Assembly: GCA_038245295.1 (NCBI GenBank)
Contig: JBBRSP010000012.1
Location: 32,001-96,000 of the forward strand
Source of the DNA: Candidatus Binatia bacterium
Lineage (GTDB): Bacteria; Desulfobacterota; Binatia; HRBIN30
Direction of reading: 5' to 3'
Length of the DNA stretch: 64,000 nt
The notes under the pieces are model-generated. The model was given only the letters and a program-made list of their open reading frames with translations, was not told the DNA's origin and did not search any database. Every line of letters starts with the position of its first letter. The first letter of the stretch is position 1. A program made the translations under genes and the position numbers. Below are positions 29,689 through 39,749 of this stretch, in pieces.

Positions 29689-29856
29689 ATGGCAATCAAC
29701 AAAGAGCTACTCGACATCCTGGCCTGCCCGAAGTGCAAGGGCGAAGTGAAACTGAACGACAAGCAAGACGGCTTGGTGTGCTCGGCGTGCAAGCTCGTGT
29801 ACGCGATCAAGGACGACATCCCGGTAATGCTCATCGAGGAGGCCACACCTCTTTAA
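29689..29856 (+). CDS. Trm112/YcaR family protein
   Basis: Manual translation MAINKELLDILACPKCKGEV...LVCSACKLVYAIKDDIPVMLIEEATPL; RBS GGAGG. Confidence 0.92.
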   Translation: MAINKELLDILACPKCKGEVKLNDKQDGLVCSACKLVYAIKDDIPVMLIEEATPL

Positions 29857-29871
29857 GAGGAGCGCGCCCTC

Positions 29872-30582
29872 GTGGAAATTCCCGCGGGCTTTCATCGCGC
29901 CGATGAATCCGGCTTGAGCTGTATTGTACGCGACGATGTGGGCGACTCGCTGCTACCCATCCTCGTGGCGGCAGCACACAGTTGGCCACCAACAGGGGCG
30001 GAGGCCCTCCAGGGTGGGCGAGGCGCCACGGTGCGCCTCGATCGCGTCGTCCTGCGCCAGTATCGGCGTGGCGGTCTGGTCGCACGTTTCAATCGCGAGC
30101 TCTACTTCGGTCGCACCCGACGCGCCGAGCATGAGCTGGCCATCACTGCGGTTTTGCAATCGCGCGGTGTGCCGGTGGCGGCGCCGTTGGGTAGCGCCGT
30201 GCGTTTGGTCGGACCGGCCCATCGCGGCTGGTTCGCATCGCAGTACATCGACGGGGCCGCAAACTTGTGGTTGTGGGTGCAAGGAAAACGCACCAACGAC
30301 GAGCGCACTCTCGTCTTGCAGGCCACCGGCCAGGCGATTCGCACCTTGCGCCAGGCCGGCGGCCATCACCCGGATCTCAATCTGCAGAACATTCTCGTGC
30401 ACGGCTCGCAGGTGAGTCTCATCGACTTTGACCGCGCCACACTGCTCGAGACGACGAGCGGATCGATACCACCGGAGTTGAACCGTCTGGCGCGTTCGGC
30501 ACGTAAGCTCGATCCTAGGCAACAACATATCGGCGACGCGGATCTGGCCTTGATCCGCGCCGCCTATACGGGCGGGGCGTGA
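29872..30582 (+). CDS. Kdo kinase / LPS kinase (KdkA-like)
   Basis: LRQYRRGGL, HPDLNLQNIL, LIDFD, RLARSARK. Confidence 0.85.
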   Translation: MEIPAGFHRADESGLSCIVRDDVGDSLLPILVAAAHSWPPTGAEALQGGRGATVRLDRVVLRQYRRGGLVARFNRELYFGRTRRAEHELAITAVLQSRGVPVAAPLGSAVRLVGPAHRGWFASQYIDGAANLWLWVQGKRTNDERTLVLQATGQAIRTLRQAGGHHPDLNLQNILVHGSQVSLIDFDRATLLETTSGSIPPELNRLARSARKLDPRQQHIGDADLALIRAAYTGGA

Positions 30583-31604
30583 GCGCCACGACGCCGCAGC
30601 GCATCCTGATTGTCCTGCTCGGGGCCATCGGTGATGTCACCCGGGCGCTGCCATTGGCGCAGCGCCTGCGGGCCGGGTATCCCGCCGCGCACATCACGTG
30701 GGCGGTGGAACCGTTGTCGGCGCCCTTGATACGTCATCATCCGGCGATCGATGAGGTCATCGTCTTCGATCGGCCGCGCGGTCTGTCGGCTTTCATCGAG
30801 TTTCTCCGCCAGGTGCGTGCCGTACGCGCCGATTTGACACTTGACTTGCAGCGTCACCTCAAGAGCGGGATCGCCAGCCTGGCTTCCGGGGCTCCGGTGC
30901 GCGTCGGCTTTCACCGGCGCAACTCGCGCGAGGGAAACTGGCTGTTCAACAACCGCCACATCGCCGCCCAGGAGCATTTCAGCATCAAGCTGCAGCAGTT
31001 CCTGGCGTTCGCCGACCTGCTGAATGTGGCACCGGCGCCGGTCAGCTTCGGATTGCAGATGACGCCCGAGGAAACACAGGAAGTCGATCGGCTCCTCGCC
31101 GACGTGCAGCGGCCCTTCGTCGCCGCCTTCGTCGGCTCGAGCTGCGAGAGTCGACTGTGGTTCCCGGAACGCACCGCGGCGGTGGCCGATGCCCTCGCCA
31201 CCCGCGGCATCAGCACCGTGTTGGTTGGCGGGCCAGGCGATGTAGCCTTCGCCAACGTCGCTGATGCCTCGGCGCGATCAACGGTGACCAACCTCGCCGG
31301 GCAAACCACCTTGCGGCATCTGATCGGCATCTTCGAACGTTGTAACGCCGCCTTCGGCCCCGACTCCGGACCGATGCACATCGCCGCCGCCGTCGGCACA
31401 CGCGTCGTCTCGCTGTGGGGCGCCACCAGCGCGGCGCGCTCGGCGCCGTGGAACAACGAAGGTGGAGTCATTGAAGGGAAGGCCGACTGCATGCCTTGTT
31501 ACCGCAAGGCTTGTCCGATCGGCCGCGTCTGCATGCAAGCGATCTTCCCCGAAGCGGTACTCGATGCTGTCTTACGCGCGAGTCGTCCAGGCACCCCACC
31601 GTAG
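30579..31604 (+). CDS. Glycosyltransferase family 9 (heptosyltransferase-like)
   Basis: LGAIGDV, DSGPMHIAAAVG, C-terminal CMPC...CP...CM. Confidence 0.9.
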   Translation: MSATTPQRILIVLLGAIGDVTRALPLAQRLRAGYPAAHITWAVEPLSAPLIRHHPAIDEVIVFDRPRGLSAFIEFLRQVRAVRADLTLDLQRHLKSGIASLASGAPVRVGFHRRNSREGNWLFNNRHIAAQEHFSIKLQQFLAFADLLNVAPAPVSFGLQMTPEETQEVDRLLADVQRPFVAAFVGSSCESRLWFPERTAAVADALATRGISTVLVGGPGDVAFANVADASARSTVTNLAGQTTLRHLIGIFERCNAAFGPDSGPMHIAAAVGTRVVSLWGATSAARSAPWNNEGGVIEGKADCMPCYRKACPIGRVCMQAIFPEAVLDAVLRASRPGTPP

Positions 31605-31695
31605 AGACGGTGCGCGAACCAGGCGTAAAGTAGCCCCGTTGCATTTTTTGCGGAAACGGTTTGACTGGACTCCTGACGCTGAGGAACGCCAGCCC

Positions 31696-32451
31696 TTGTC
31701 TGCACGCCAAAGTACGCAGTCCGCCCAGGACGTCGCCACCACCAACCGCCTCTTCTATGACGCGTTGTGGTCCGAAACCTATCTGGCGCGTCCCGAGAGC
31801 TTCAACACATGGGGAGGCATCAGCAGCCTGTTACCCAACGCGCCGATGCGGCTTGAGCTCGGGGCAGGCTTGAAGCCACGCCTACCCGTCGCCGGCACAC
31901 ACTTCGTCGATCTCAGTGCTCCGGCAATCCGCGGGTTGAATGCGGGTGGTGGTATTGCCGTGCGCGCCGACGTCGGCGCCCTGCCCTTCGCCGATCGGCA
32001 GTTCGATCTCGTCTGCGCCCTCGACGTGATCGAACATGTCGAAGATGATCGAGGCGTCTTCGCCGAAGTGGTGCGTGTGCTCAAAGACGACGGCGTGCTG
32101 ATCTTCTCGGTTCCGGTGCACCCGCACCTGTGGAGCGAAGTCGACGAGTTTGTCGGTCACGTGCGGCGCTACGACCCGGTTGAGCTGTCGGCTCTGCTCT
32201 CCAGCAGGGATCTGCACATCGAGAAGAGTGCCGTCTTCGGGATGCAGCCAACCAACCCGCGGTTGGTGAATCTCGGCATGTGGTGGCTCAAGCATCACCG
32301 GCGCCTCGCGATGCTCTCCTACAATCGCCTCATTCTGCCGTGGGGAATCTTCTTTCAGAAACCGCTGCGGTGGGTCGAAGACCTGATCGATACGACCGGA
32401 GTCGACGAGATCGTCGTCGTGTGCCGGCGTCGCGCCCTTGCACGTCGATGA
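31696..32451 (+). CDS. Class I SAM-dependent methyltransferase (type 11)
   Basis: LELGAG, LPFADRQFDLVCALDVIEHVEDD; start uncertain. Confidence 0.8.
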   Translation: MSARQSTQSAQDVATTNRLFYDALWSETYLARPESFNTWGGISSLLPNAPMRLELGAGLKPRLPVAGTHFVDLSAPAIRGLNAGGGIAVRADVGALPFADRQFDLVCALDVIEHVEDDRGVFAEVVRVLKDDGVLIFSVPVHPHLWSEVDEFVGHVRRYDPVELSALLSSRDLHIEKSAVFGMQPTNPRLVNLGMWWLKHHRRLAMLSYNRLILPWGIFFQKPLRWVEDLIDTTGVDEIVVVCRRRALARR

Positions 32452-32477
32452 GCCCGCCGCCTATGGGGTCGGGCTCG

Positions 32478-34670
32478 ATGATTTCTATTGAAAAGCGGTT
32501 GGCCGAGGAGCTTTCGGCGAACGAGTGGCAAATCGAAGCCGCGATCGCCCTACTCGACGGTGGCGCTACGGTACCGTTCATCGCGCGCTACCGCAAAGAA
32601 GCGACGGGTGGTCTCGACGACGTGCAACTGCGGGCCCTCGAGCAGCGCCTGACCTACCTGCGCGAGTTGGAGGCGCGCCGCGCCACGGTCCTCGAAAGTA
32701 TCCGAGCCCAGGGAGCCCTGACACCCGAGCTCGAACAAGCGATCCTGGCGGCGGATACACGCACACGCCTCGAAGATCTCTACCTGCCATTCCGCCCAAA
32801 ACGCCGCACCAAGGCACAGATCGCCCGCGAGGCCGGTCTCGAGCCGCTGGCGCGTGCCATCTTCGAAGATCCGAGCCAGCCGCCGGCGCGGCGCGCCGCG
32901 GCCTTCGTTGACGCGAGCAAAGAGGTCCCCGATGTCGACAGTGCTCTCGATGGCGCGCGCCATATCTTGATCGAGCATTTCAGCGAGGAGCCGAACCTGC
33001 TCGGTCGCCTGCGCCAGCATCTGTGGGAGCGCGGTGAGCTGAGCGCCAAAGTCGCCAAGGGTAAGGAAACGCAAGGCGCCAAGTTTGCCGACTACTTCGC
33101 GTTTACCGAGGCCATCAAGAAGGTCCCGTCGCATCGGGCCCTGGCGTTGTTTCGCGGCGAGACCGAAGACGTGCTGCGCCTGGCGCTGACACTTCCAGAA
33201 GATGAGCGCCGCGGCGCCAACGAGCCGCTGATCGGTGAAACGATGATCGCCGGCCATTTCGGAATTCGCGATCGCGGTCGCCCGGCCGACACCTGGCTGA
33301 AAGAAAGTGTAAGCCTTGCCTGGAAGACCAAACTGCAACCGCAGATCCAGCGTGATCTGACCGCAACCCTGCGCCAACAGGCCGAGGAAGAGGCCATTCG
33401 TGTCTTCAGCCGCAATCTGCGCGACCTCCTACTGGCGGCACCGGCGGGCTCGTGCGCGACGCTCGGCCTCGATCCGGGAATCCGCACCGGCGTCAAGGTG
33501 GCCGTCGTCGACGGGACCGGCAAGGTGCTCGCCACCGCGACGATTTATCCGCACGCACCGCGCAACGACTGGGAAGGCGCCCTGCACACCCTAAGCAATT
33601 TGACGCAATGCTACCGGGCGGCCCTGATCGCTATCGGCAACGGCACGGCTTCACGCGAGACCGACAAGTTGGCGGGCGAGCTACTGCGACGCCACCCCGA
33701 CCTCGACTGTCGCAAAGCCATGGTCAGCGAGGCCGGCGCCTCGGTGTACTCCGCCTCAGAGCTGGCATCACAGGAATTGCCGGAGCTCGACGTATCGCTA
33801 CGCGGCGCCGTATCGATCGCACGACGGTTGCAGGATCCGCTCGCCGAGTTGGTCAAGATCGACCCCCAATCAATCGGCGTTGGCCAGTATCAGCACGACG
33901 TCAATCAAGCCGACCTGGCCCGCGCCCTCACAGCGGTCGTCGAGGACTGCGTCAATGCCGTTGGTGTAGACGTCAACACAGCCTCGGTTCCCTTGCTGGC
34001 GCGCGTTTCCGGTTTGCACGCCGGCCTGGCCGCCAATATCGTCGCCTATCGCGATGCCAACGGCGCCTTTGCCGACCGCCGCCAACTCAAGAAAGTACCG
34101 CGTCTCGGCGCCCGCGCCTTTGAACAGGCCGCCGGCTTTCTGCGCATCTCGGGCGGTAGTAACCCACTCGACGCGTCGGCCGTGCACCCGGAGGCCTATC
34201 CGGTCGTCGAACGTCTGCTGGCCCGTCACAAACGCAGCTTGCAGCAGACGATCGGCGACGATGCCTTCCTACGCAGCCTCGTTCCCGCCGAGCTTGCCGA
34301 CGCGACATTCGGCGAGCCGACGGTGCGCGACATCCTGGCGGAGCTCGAGAAGCCCGGACGTGATCCGCGCCCGCAGTTCAAGACGGCGACCTTCCGCGAA
34401 GGCATTGACCGCCTGGAAGATCTCCAACCAGGCATTGTCCTCGAGGGCGTCGTCAGCAACGTCACCAACTTTGGCGCCTTCGTCGACGTCGGCGTCCACC
34501 AGGACGGTCTGGTCCACATCTCCGCACTCGCAAACCGCTTCGTGCGCGACCCACACGAGGTGGTGAAGGCCGGCGATGTCGTGCGTGTAAAGGTACTCAG
34601 CATCGATCTGCCACGTCGGCGCATCGCCCTGACCATGCGCCTCGACGATGCTGCGGGGGCGCCGATATGA
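32478..34670 (+). CDS. tex: Tex family RNA-binding transcriptional accessory protein
   Basis: GATVPFIARYRKEATG, DPGIRTG, EAGASVYSAS, IGVGQYQHD, C-terminal S1 domain. Confidence 0.96.
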   Translation: MISIEKRLAEELSANEWQIEAAIALLDGGATVPFIARYRKEATGGLDDVQLRALEQRLTYLRELEARRATVLESIRAQGALTPELEQAILAADTRTRLEDLYLPFRPKRRTKAQIAREAGLEPLARAIFEDPSQPPARRAAAFVDASKEVPDVDSALDGARHILIEHFSEEPNLLGRLRQHLWERGELSAKVAKGKETQGAKFADYFAFTEAIKKVPSHRALALFRGETEDVLRLALTLPEDERRGANEPLIGETMIAGHFGIRDRGRPADTWLKESVSLAWKTKLQPQIQRDLTATLRQQAEEEAIRVFSRNLRDLLLAAPAGSCATLGLDPGIRTGVKVAVVDGTGKVLATATIYPHAPRNDWEGALHTLSNLTQCYRAALIAIGNGTASRETDKLAGELLRRHPDLDCRKAMVSEAGASVYSASELASQELPELDVSLRGAVSIARRLQDPLAELVKIDPQSIGVGQYQHDVNQADLARALTAVVEDCVNAVGVDVNTASVPLLARVSGLHAGLAANIVAYRDANGAFADRRQLKKVPRLGARAFEQAAGFLRISGGSNPLDASAVHPEAYPVVERLLARHKRSLQQTIGDDAFLRSLVPAELADATFGEPTVRDILAELEKPGRDPRPQFKTATFREGIDRLEDLQPGIVLEGVVSNVTNFGAFVDVGVHQDGLVHISALANRFVRDPHEVVKAGDVVRVKVLSIDLPRRRIALTMRLDDAAGAPI

Positions 34671-34781
34671 GCGACGTCACTCTCGAGTGCGATCCCTGAC
34701 CTCAGGCGCCCGGTCATACCCTCCCCTGTCGAATAGGGATACGTGCTTGCCGCTTCGGCAATCATTGCGTAGAAGGCGGCA

Positions 34782-35996
34782 ATGATACGGAATCGGATTG
34801 TGGTTTGGGGTCGTGCGCTGGTGGTCCTGGCGCTGCTGGTTACAGCAGCGCAGGCCGAGCCGTATCTAGCGGTGCGCGAGGGCATGAAGTGCAGCGGTTG
34901 CCACACCAACATGAGCGGCGGCGGCAAACGCACCGAGCTCGTCGGCATCCACGCCCGCGAACTGCTGCACTACCCGACCTTCCTCGGCAAGTTTTCGAAC
35001 CCCAGCGAATACTTCAGCGGCGATCTCAATCAGTTCGTTGGGCTCGGCAGCGACTTGCGTGTCAGCGACACCCTGTTGTTTCAGGACAAGGGCGTCAACG
35101 GACGCGTCGACAACAACAAGGTCTTCCGTGGCCGCCTCGAGAGCAACAATATCGACGTCACCCAATTCGTCCTCTACGGCGAAGTGCGGCTGATTCCGGA
35201 CACTCTGTCCCTGTACATCGATCAGCGCTTTCAGCCGACCACCGACAATCGCGAAGCCTTCGGCATGTTGAAGGGTGTTCTGCCGTGGAACGGCTTCGTC
35301 AAGGTCGGGCGCATGTTCCTGCCCTACGGGCTGCAACTCCAAGACGATAACGCCTTCATCCGTGGCGGCTATCTGGGCTCGGCCAACACCGGATTCAATT
35401 TCAACTTGCAGGAAGCGGCGGGCGAGATCGGTTTCGAACCCGGACCGTGCAGCTTCATGCTGGCGGTCAGCGACGGGTCGAGCGGTGACCGCGACGTGCG
35501 CGTCACCGGCACGGCTTCGACCCTGTTCGACGAACTCCCCGTGGTGCGCAATGTCTTACTCGGAACGTCGTTCTCGCGTATCGGCCCCAGCGGCTCGGAG
35601 ACGACCGTGTTCGGCTTCTTCGCCGGCACCAACATCGAGCGACTGTCGGTCCTCGCCGAGGCCGACTTCCGCAGCGACAAGACGCCGGACACTCAGGGCC
35701 GCAACGTCGGGCGCTTCATCACGTACGTCGAGGCCGACTACCTGCTGTTCGACTGGCTCAACGTGAAGTCAGCCGTCGACTATGCCGACGATGACGGACA
35801 GCTGACACGTGCGGTCAACGGGCAACAAGTTGTCGCCGTGAGTCACGACTCAGAAAGCCGCGTGAGTGTGGGACTCGAACCCTTCCTCAACCGCTACTTT
35901 CAGCCGCGCATCTTCTACCGCATCGGCAATGGCGTGAAGTCGCAGCCGACCCACAACCAGAACACCCTGATGTTCGAAGCCCACATGTTCTTCTGA
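34782..35996 (+). CDS. Putative monoheme cytochrome c-porin fusion (Cyc2-like architecture)
   Basis: Signal peptide, then EPYLAVREGMKCSGCH; amphipathic beta strands; terminal Phe (FEAHMFF). Confidence 0.7.
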   Translation: MIRNRIVVWGRALVVLALLVTAAQAEPYLAVREGMKCSGCHTNMSGGGKRTELVGIHARELLHYPTFLGKFSNPSEYFSGDLNQFVGLGSDLRVSDTLLFQDKGVNGRVDNNKVFRGRLESNNIDVTQFVLYGEVRLIPDTLSLYIDQRFQPTTDNREAFGMLKGVLPWNGFVKVGRMFLPYGLQLQDDNAFIRGGYLGSANTGFNFNLQEAAGEIGFEPGPCSFMLAVSDGSSGDRDVRVTGTASTLFDELPVVRNVLLGTSFSRIGPSGSETTVFGFFAGTNIERLSVLAEADFRSDKTPDTQGRNVGRFITYVEADYLLFDWLNVKSAVDYADDDGQLTRAVNGQQVVAVSHDSESRVSVGLEPFLNRYFQPRIFYRIGNGVKSQPTHNQNTLMFEAHMFF

Positions 35997-36319
35997 CCAG
36001 CACCGCGGCGGTCCTTGGCGCGTCGATGATCGCTCACGGAGCGGTGAGCGTGATTGTTGTGGTGTGATCGACGGCCTGTGGGCTCTAGCCTTCGAAAATG
36101 GTGCCGCGGCCGAAGCGGCAAACGCGATCTATTTCACCGCCGGCCCGAGCGGCGAGGGAAACGGGTTGTTCGGAATGCTGCAACCGAAATAGTCGTGTGT
36201 CCGACCGCCCCTAAGCGGCCACTCGGGCGTCGCGCGAAGCCGCGCTCTCCGAGCGCGGCTTCGCGTCGCCTGAGGCACACGCTTGCCCGCGCACTTCTTT
36301 GGTGCGATCGATCTAGGCG

Positions 36320-36508
36320 ATGAGCAAGACGCCAAACGAAACAGAGGCGGCACCGGCAGCGACCGGCGGCACACACCATGATCACGGCCCCGGCTGCGAT
36401 CACGACCACGAGGCAGCCGCACCGTTCGTCCGCGAGGTTCCCAAAGTGGGACGCAACGACGCTTGCCCTTGCGGCAGCGGCAAGAAGTTCAAAAAATGCT
36501 GTGGTTAG
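36320..36508 (+). CDS. SEC-C motif protein with His-rich segment
   Basis: [12 protein letters not shown] and [21 protein letters not shown]. Confidence 0.9.
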   Translation: MSKTPNETEAAPAATGGTHHDHGPGCDHDHEAAAPFVREVPKVGRNDACPCGSGKKFKKCCG

Positions 36509-36548
36509 GTCCTAGCCGCGCACGGACAAGCCAGCGCTAGGGTCGCGT

Positions 36549-37022
36549 TCAATGGGGCGATCGGCGACCCGCTCGCCTCGTACTCCAAATGCCAACGGCT
36601 CCCAGCAGGCCGATCAGAACTCCGAAACCAGAACGCGACACGGTCGGCGCATGGGCCACACAGGCCGCACTCGTGGCGCAGTCAGGATCGGCGCAGTCGA
36701 TGAGCATATCGCCATCGTTGTCCCGACCGTCGCTACAGGCACCGGCGCCGGCGTTCGCTTCGTTCGACGTCACCTCGCAATGCGTGCCGCTGAATCCGGT
36801 GTTGCAAGCGCAATTGCCGGAATCACAAAATCCGCTTTCGGGCAGAACGTTGCAGTCGGCATTCTCGGCAGTGCAGCCGCAATCGGTATTGAGCATACAG
36901 TTCACCGGCAATGCGACGGAACGATCGTTGCCCATCAGCAGCAACACCGCGGCCGCGATCACCACAGCCGCCGCAATCCTCCAGATCCGCCCAACCGGGG
37001 ATGACTTGTCTGCACCACGCAT
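36549..37022 (-). CDS. Small Cys-rich surface protein with IPTL-CTERM-like anchor
   Basis: Signal-like N-terminus; EGF-like CACNTGFSGTHC; CSDGRDNDGDMLIDCADPDC; APTVSRSGFGVLIGLLGAVGIWSTRRAGRR. Confidence 0.7.
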   Translation of the reverse strand: MRGADKSSPVGRIWRIAAAVVIAAAVLLLMGNDRSVALPVNCMLNTDCGCTAENADCNVLPESGFCDSGNCACNTGFSGTHCEVTSNEANAGAGACSDGRDNDGDMLIDCADPDCATSAACVAHAPTVSRSGFGVLIGLLGAVGIWSTRRAGRRSPH

Positions 37023-37176
37023 CGTTCTCAACCTTTCGTCCTGACCGGCGACCGCCCAAGGCGACGCCACGCGAACCGCCTTAACACGAACCCAAAGCCA
37101 AGTGAAACCTAAAACTGGGAAACCCGGGGTTCGCCGCACGTCGTCGATCGTCGCCCGGAAGAGCCGCGCCGACAAC

Positions 37177-39648
37177 TCACGGATTGGGCCAAACGATGCT
37201 CCAGGTGATGACACGCTCCTGGCCGAGGCCGCCGCGGTCATCAAGCTTCTTGAACTGCCGCGCGTAACGCCCATCGAGAAAGGTCAGCCCCGTATACGTC
37301 GAGCGCAGCAACACGGGTGGAGCAATCAGGATGCGGTGATTAGGTAGATCGATGAGAACAGCCAGTTGGTCATCGAGCCCGGCCTCACCACGAATCTCGG
37401 TCATCGCCTCGCTACCCGCGATGAGTGTCGTCGCCATGCCTTGCTCGCCGCTATCGCCGTTGCTGCTGTGCCAGTGCAGACGTCCTTCGCCCGGAGCCGC
37501 GCGGCGATACGTGAACCGTTCAACGTGTTTTCCCACCATTTGCAAATTGAGCGGGCAAACGACGGCGTCGTCCGGGCTCGCCGCCTGACACTCAACCCAA
37601 CTCCTGGTGCGATACCCTGGTGTGGGTCCGGCCGTTTCGCCTGGCGTCGCGATCGCCCCCAACGCGCGCCAGCCCGGCATGCCCACCATGGCACTCGAGA
37701 GCACGAGAAACCCCGGCGGTGGTGCGCAATGGGTTGCCTCGAGGATGGCGGCGGTCTGACGTTGGGACAGGCCCGCAGCCTGGAGCTGCTGCGTTGCCGC
37801 GACACGATCCAGCGTAATAATCGTCCCGACCAGACGAGCCGCCACCTCCTCGGTCCAACCGGCTAGCCGCAGCTTCCCGAAAGCACCGCTTTGCTTGCCG
37901 GCCCGGGGTGTTAAATCCGAGCCGCAATCGAGCATGCGCAACAGACCGATGGAGACTTTCTCGTCATCCGTGAATAGAGCCCGCGCCAGCCAATAGGGCA
38001 CATGGGTCGGGAGCGTCCCGCCATCCACCGTCGTACGCCGCTCGGCGACATACTCGGCCCAGTAGCCGTTGGGCCACCAGGTCGTGACGATCGCTGTCGT
38101 CGGTGTCACCGCACGGATATGTTCGAGAGTATCCCACCAGGCGTCATTCATGTTCGGGGCGTACTGCGCCGCGGCGCGATACCCGTCTCGAACCGGCACC
38201 GCCACCAACAGCGCGACGGCAGCAACGCCGGCAAGACCGCTGCCACTCTTGGCTTGCAGCCAGTCGGCGGCGCGGCCGGCCGTGACGGCGCAGGCCACGC
38301 CGATCGGCGGCAGCAACAGGACAACAAAGCGCAAGCCGTCGAGCGACAACGCAAACGCCGCCAGGAACCACGGTACAAAGAGAAAAGCCGCAGCATGATC
38401 GGGCTCAGGCGACTCGTCCGACAGCGACAGTACCAATCCCACCACAAGCGGCAATGCCAGCAGAGCCACCGCCGCCGCCCGTCCCGGCGTCGGGCGGAGC
38501 AGCAGGCACACCAATACTACTGTGCCACCCATCAACACGGCGTAGTGTCGACGCCTCCAGTCACGGCGCGGCAGAACCAGGAACAGCAGGCCGATCCACG
38601 CCACCAGCAACTGCGGCATGCCGGAGAGTGTCGCGGCGATCGTTGGGGCGCTCGCCGCCGACAGCTCGCCGACCGTGGAGAACGCCGAAGGGAACGTGTC
38701 CGAGTTGGCGCTCAGCGGACGAACAACAATCGCCTCGACGGTGCTGGCCACCAGCTGTGCTGCCGTGCTGGGGGCCAAGAGAAAGGCGCCGAGCGGTGCA
38801 CAGGCGAGCGCGGCGCAGGTCAACGCCGCCGCCGTGCCGTGGCCGCGAAGCGCGGTCACCTCCTTGCGCCGGCGGACAAGCAGCGCCGTGATCAATTGGC
38901 CTGCCGCCGCGACGCAAGCAAACACGTAGGAGAATACCCAGCCGTCCCAGGTCAAGGCATGCATACCGACCACCGCGAGCGCCGCCAGAGCGGCGGCAAC
39001 CGTCAGGGTGCGACGCGTCGTTTGCAAGGCGACCAGGACACCCCACGCAAGGAACAATGGCAGGACGACATTCCACACGTCATTGTCACTGCCGATGCTA
39101 CGCCCCAGGAAGAGCGGATTCAGCGCGATCAACAATGCCGCCACGACGGCGCCGGCCAGGCCACCGACGCGCCAGCCCAGGGCAAAGGCCGGCACCACGC
39201 CGAGCACACCCATCACCACCGGCACCAAGGCGGCACTGGCCGGCAGAGGGTAATTCGGGCGCCACCAGGTCATCAGGCGATGCATCCACGCGATGCTGTG
39301 GACGTGCAGCGAGTGCTGGTAGTTCATCGCACCGCCGAGCGGTGCCTGAGTCAACTCATTGCGACACACGCCGTCGACGAAGCGGTCGCAGATGATGCCG
39401 TGATCGAGGAGGTTGTGCGCCTGACGCAGCCAGGCGTAGCTGTCATAGTCGCCGAGATAGACATGTTGCCTGCCGTCGGAGCCCGTGTAGGTCAATTGCT
39501 CCTGGCTTCGCGCCTCGATCCCGGGCCGCAACAGCGGCAGGGTACGCACGCCGCCGACCACAACCATCAATAGAACCAAGACAAGGGGCGCCGTCGCGCT
39601 ACGGTGCACCCGAGCTATGTCGGCAGGCGAGTCGGAATCGGTGCGCAC
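37177..39648 (-). CDS. STT3/AglB/PglB-like oligosaccharyltransferase
   Basis: Many TM helices; DYDSYAWLR, RSIGSDNDVWN (DxD), STVGEL (TIxE-like), WWPNGYW, DGGT; start approximate. Confidence 0.8.
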   Translation of the reverse strand: MRTDSDSPADIARVHRSATAPLVLVLLMVVVGGVRTLPLLRPGIEARSQEQLTYTGSDGRQHVYLGDYDSYAWLRQAHNLLDHGIICDRFVDGVCRNELTQAPLGGAMNYQHSLHVHSIAWMHRLMTWWRPNYPLPASAALVPVVMGVLGVVPAFALGWRVGGLAGAVVAALLIALNPLFLGRSIGSDNDVWNVVLPLFLAWGVLVALQTTRRTLTVAAALAALAVVGMHALTWDGWVFSYVFACVAAAGQLITALLVRRRKEVTALRGHGTAAALTCAALACAPLGAFLLAPSTAAQLVASTVEAIVVRPLSANSDTFPSAFSTVGELSAASAPTIAATLSGMPQLLVAWIGLLFLVLPRRDWRRRHYAVLMGGTVVLVCLLLRPTPGRAAAVALLALPLVVGLVLSLSDESPEPDHAAAFLFVPWFLAAFALSLDGLRFVVLLLPPIGVACAVTAGRAADWLQAKSGSGLAGVAAVALLVAVPVRDGYRAAAQYAPNMNDAWWDTLEHIRAVTPTTAIVTTWWPNGYWAEYVAERRTTVDGGTLPTHVPYWLARALFTDDEKVSIGLLRMLDCGSDLTPRAGKQSGAFGKLRLAGWTEEVAARLVGTIITLDRVAATQQLQAAGLSQRQTAAILEATHCAPPPGFLVLSSAMVGMPGWRALGAIATPGETAGPTPGYRTRSWVECQAASPDDAVVCPLNLQMVGKHVERFTYRRAAPGEGRLHWHSSNGDSGEQGMATTLIAGSEAMTEIRGEAGLDDQLAVLIDLPNHRILIAPPVLLRSTYTGLTFLDGRYARQFKKLDDRGGLGQERVITWSIVWPNP

Positions 39649-39749
39649 GGATACGGCTATAGACCCGACGGGCGAAGAGCGGCAATCGGCAGTGAGATTG
39701 AACGGACCCGGCGTTGCGGCAGAATCGCCGCGCGGAGTAGACTGAAGCA

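Noticed and set aside
38002..39573. 523-aa plus-strand ORF
   Set aside because: Arg/Gln-rich antisense shadow of the STT3-like gene.
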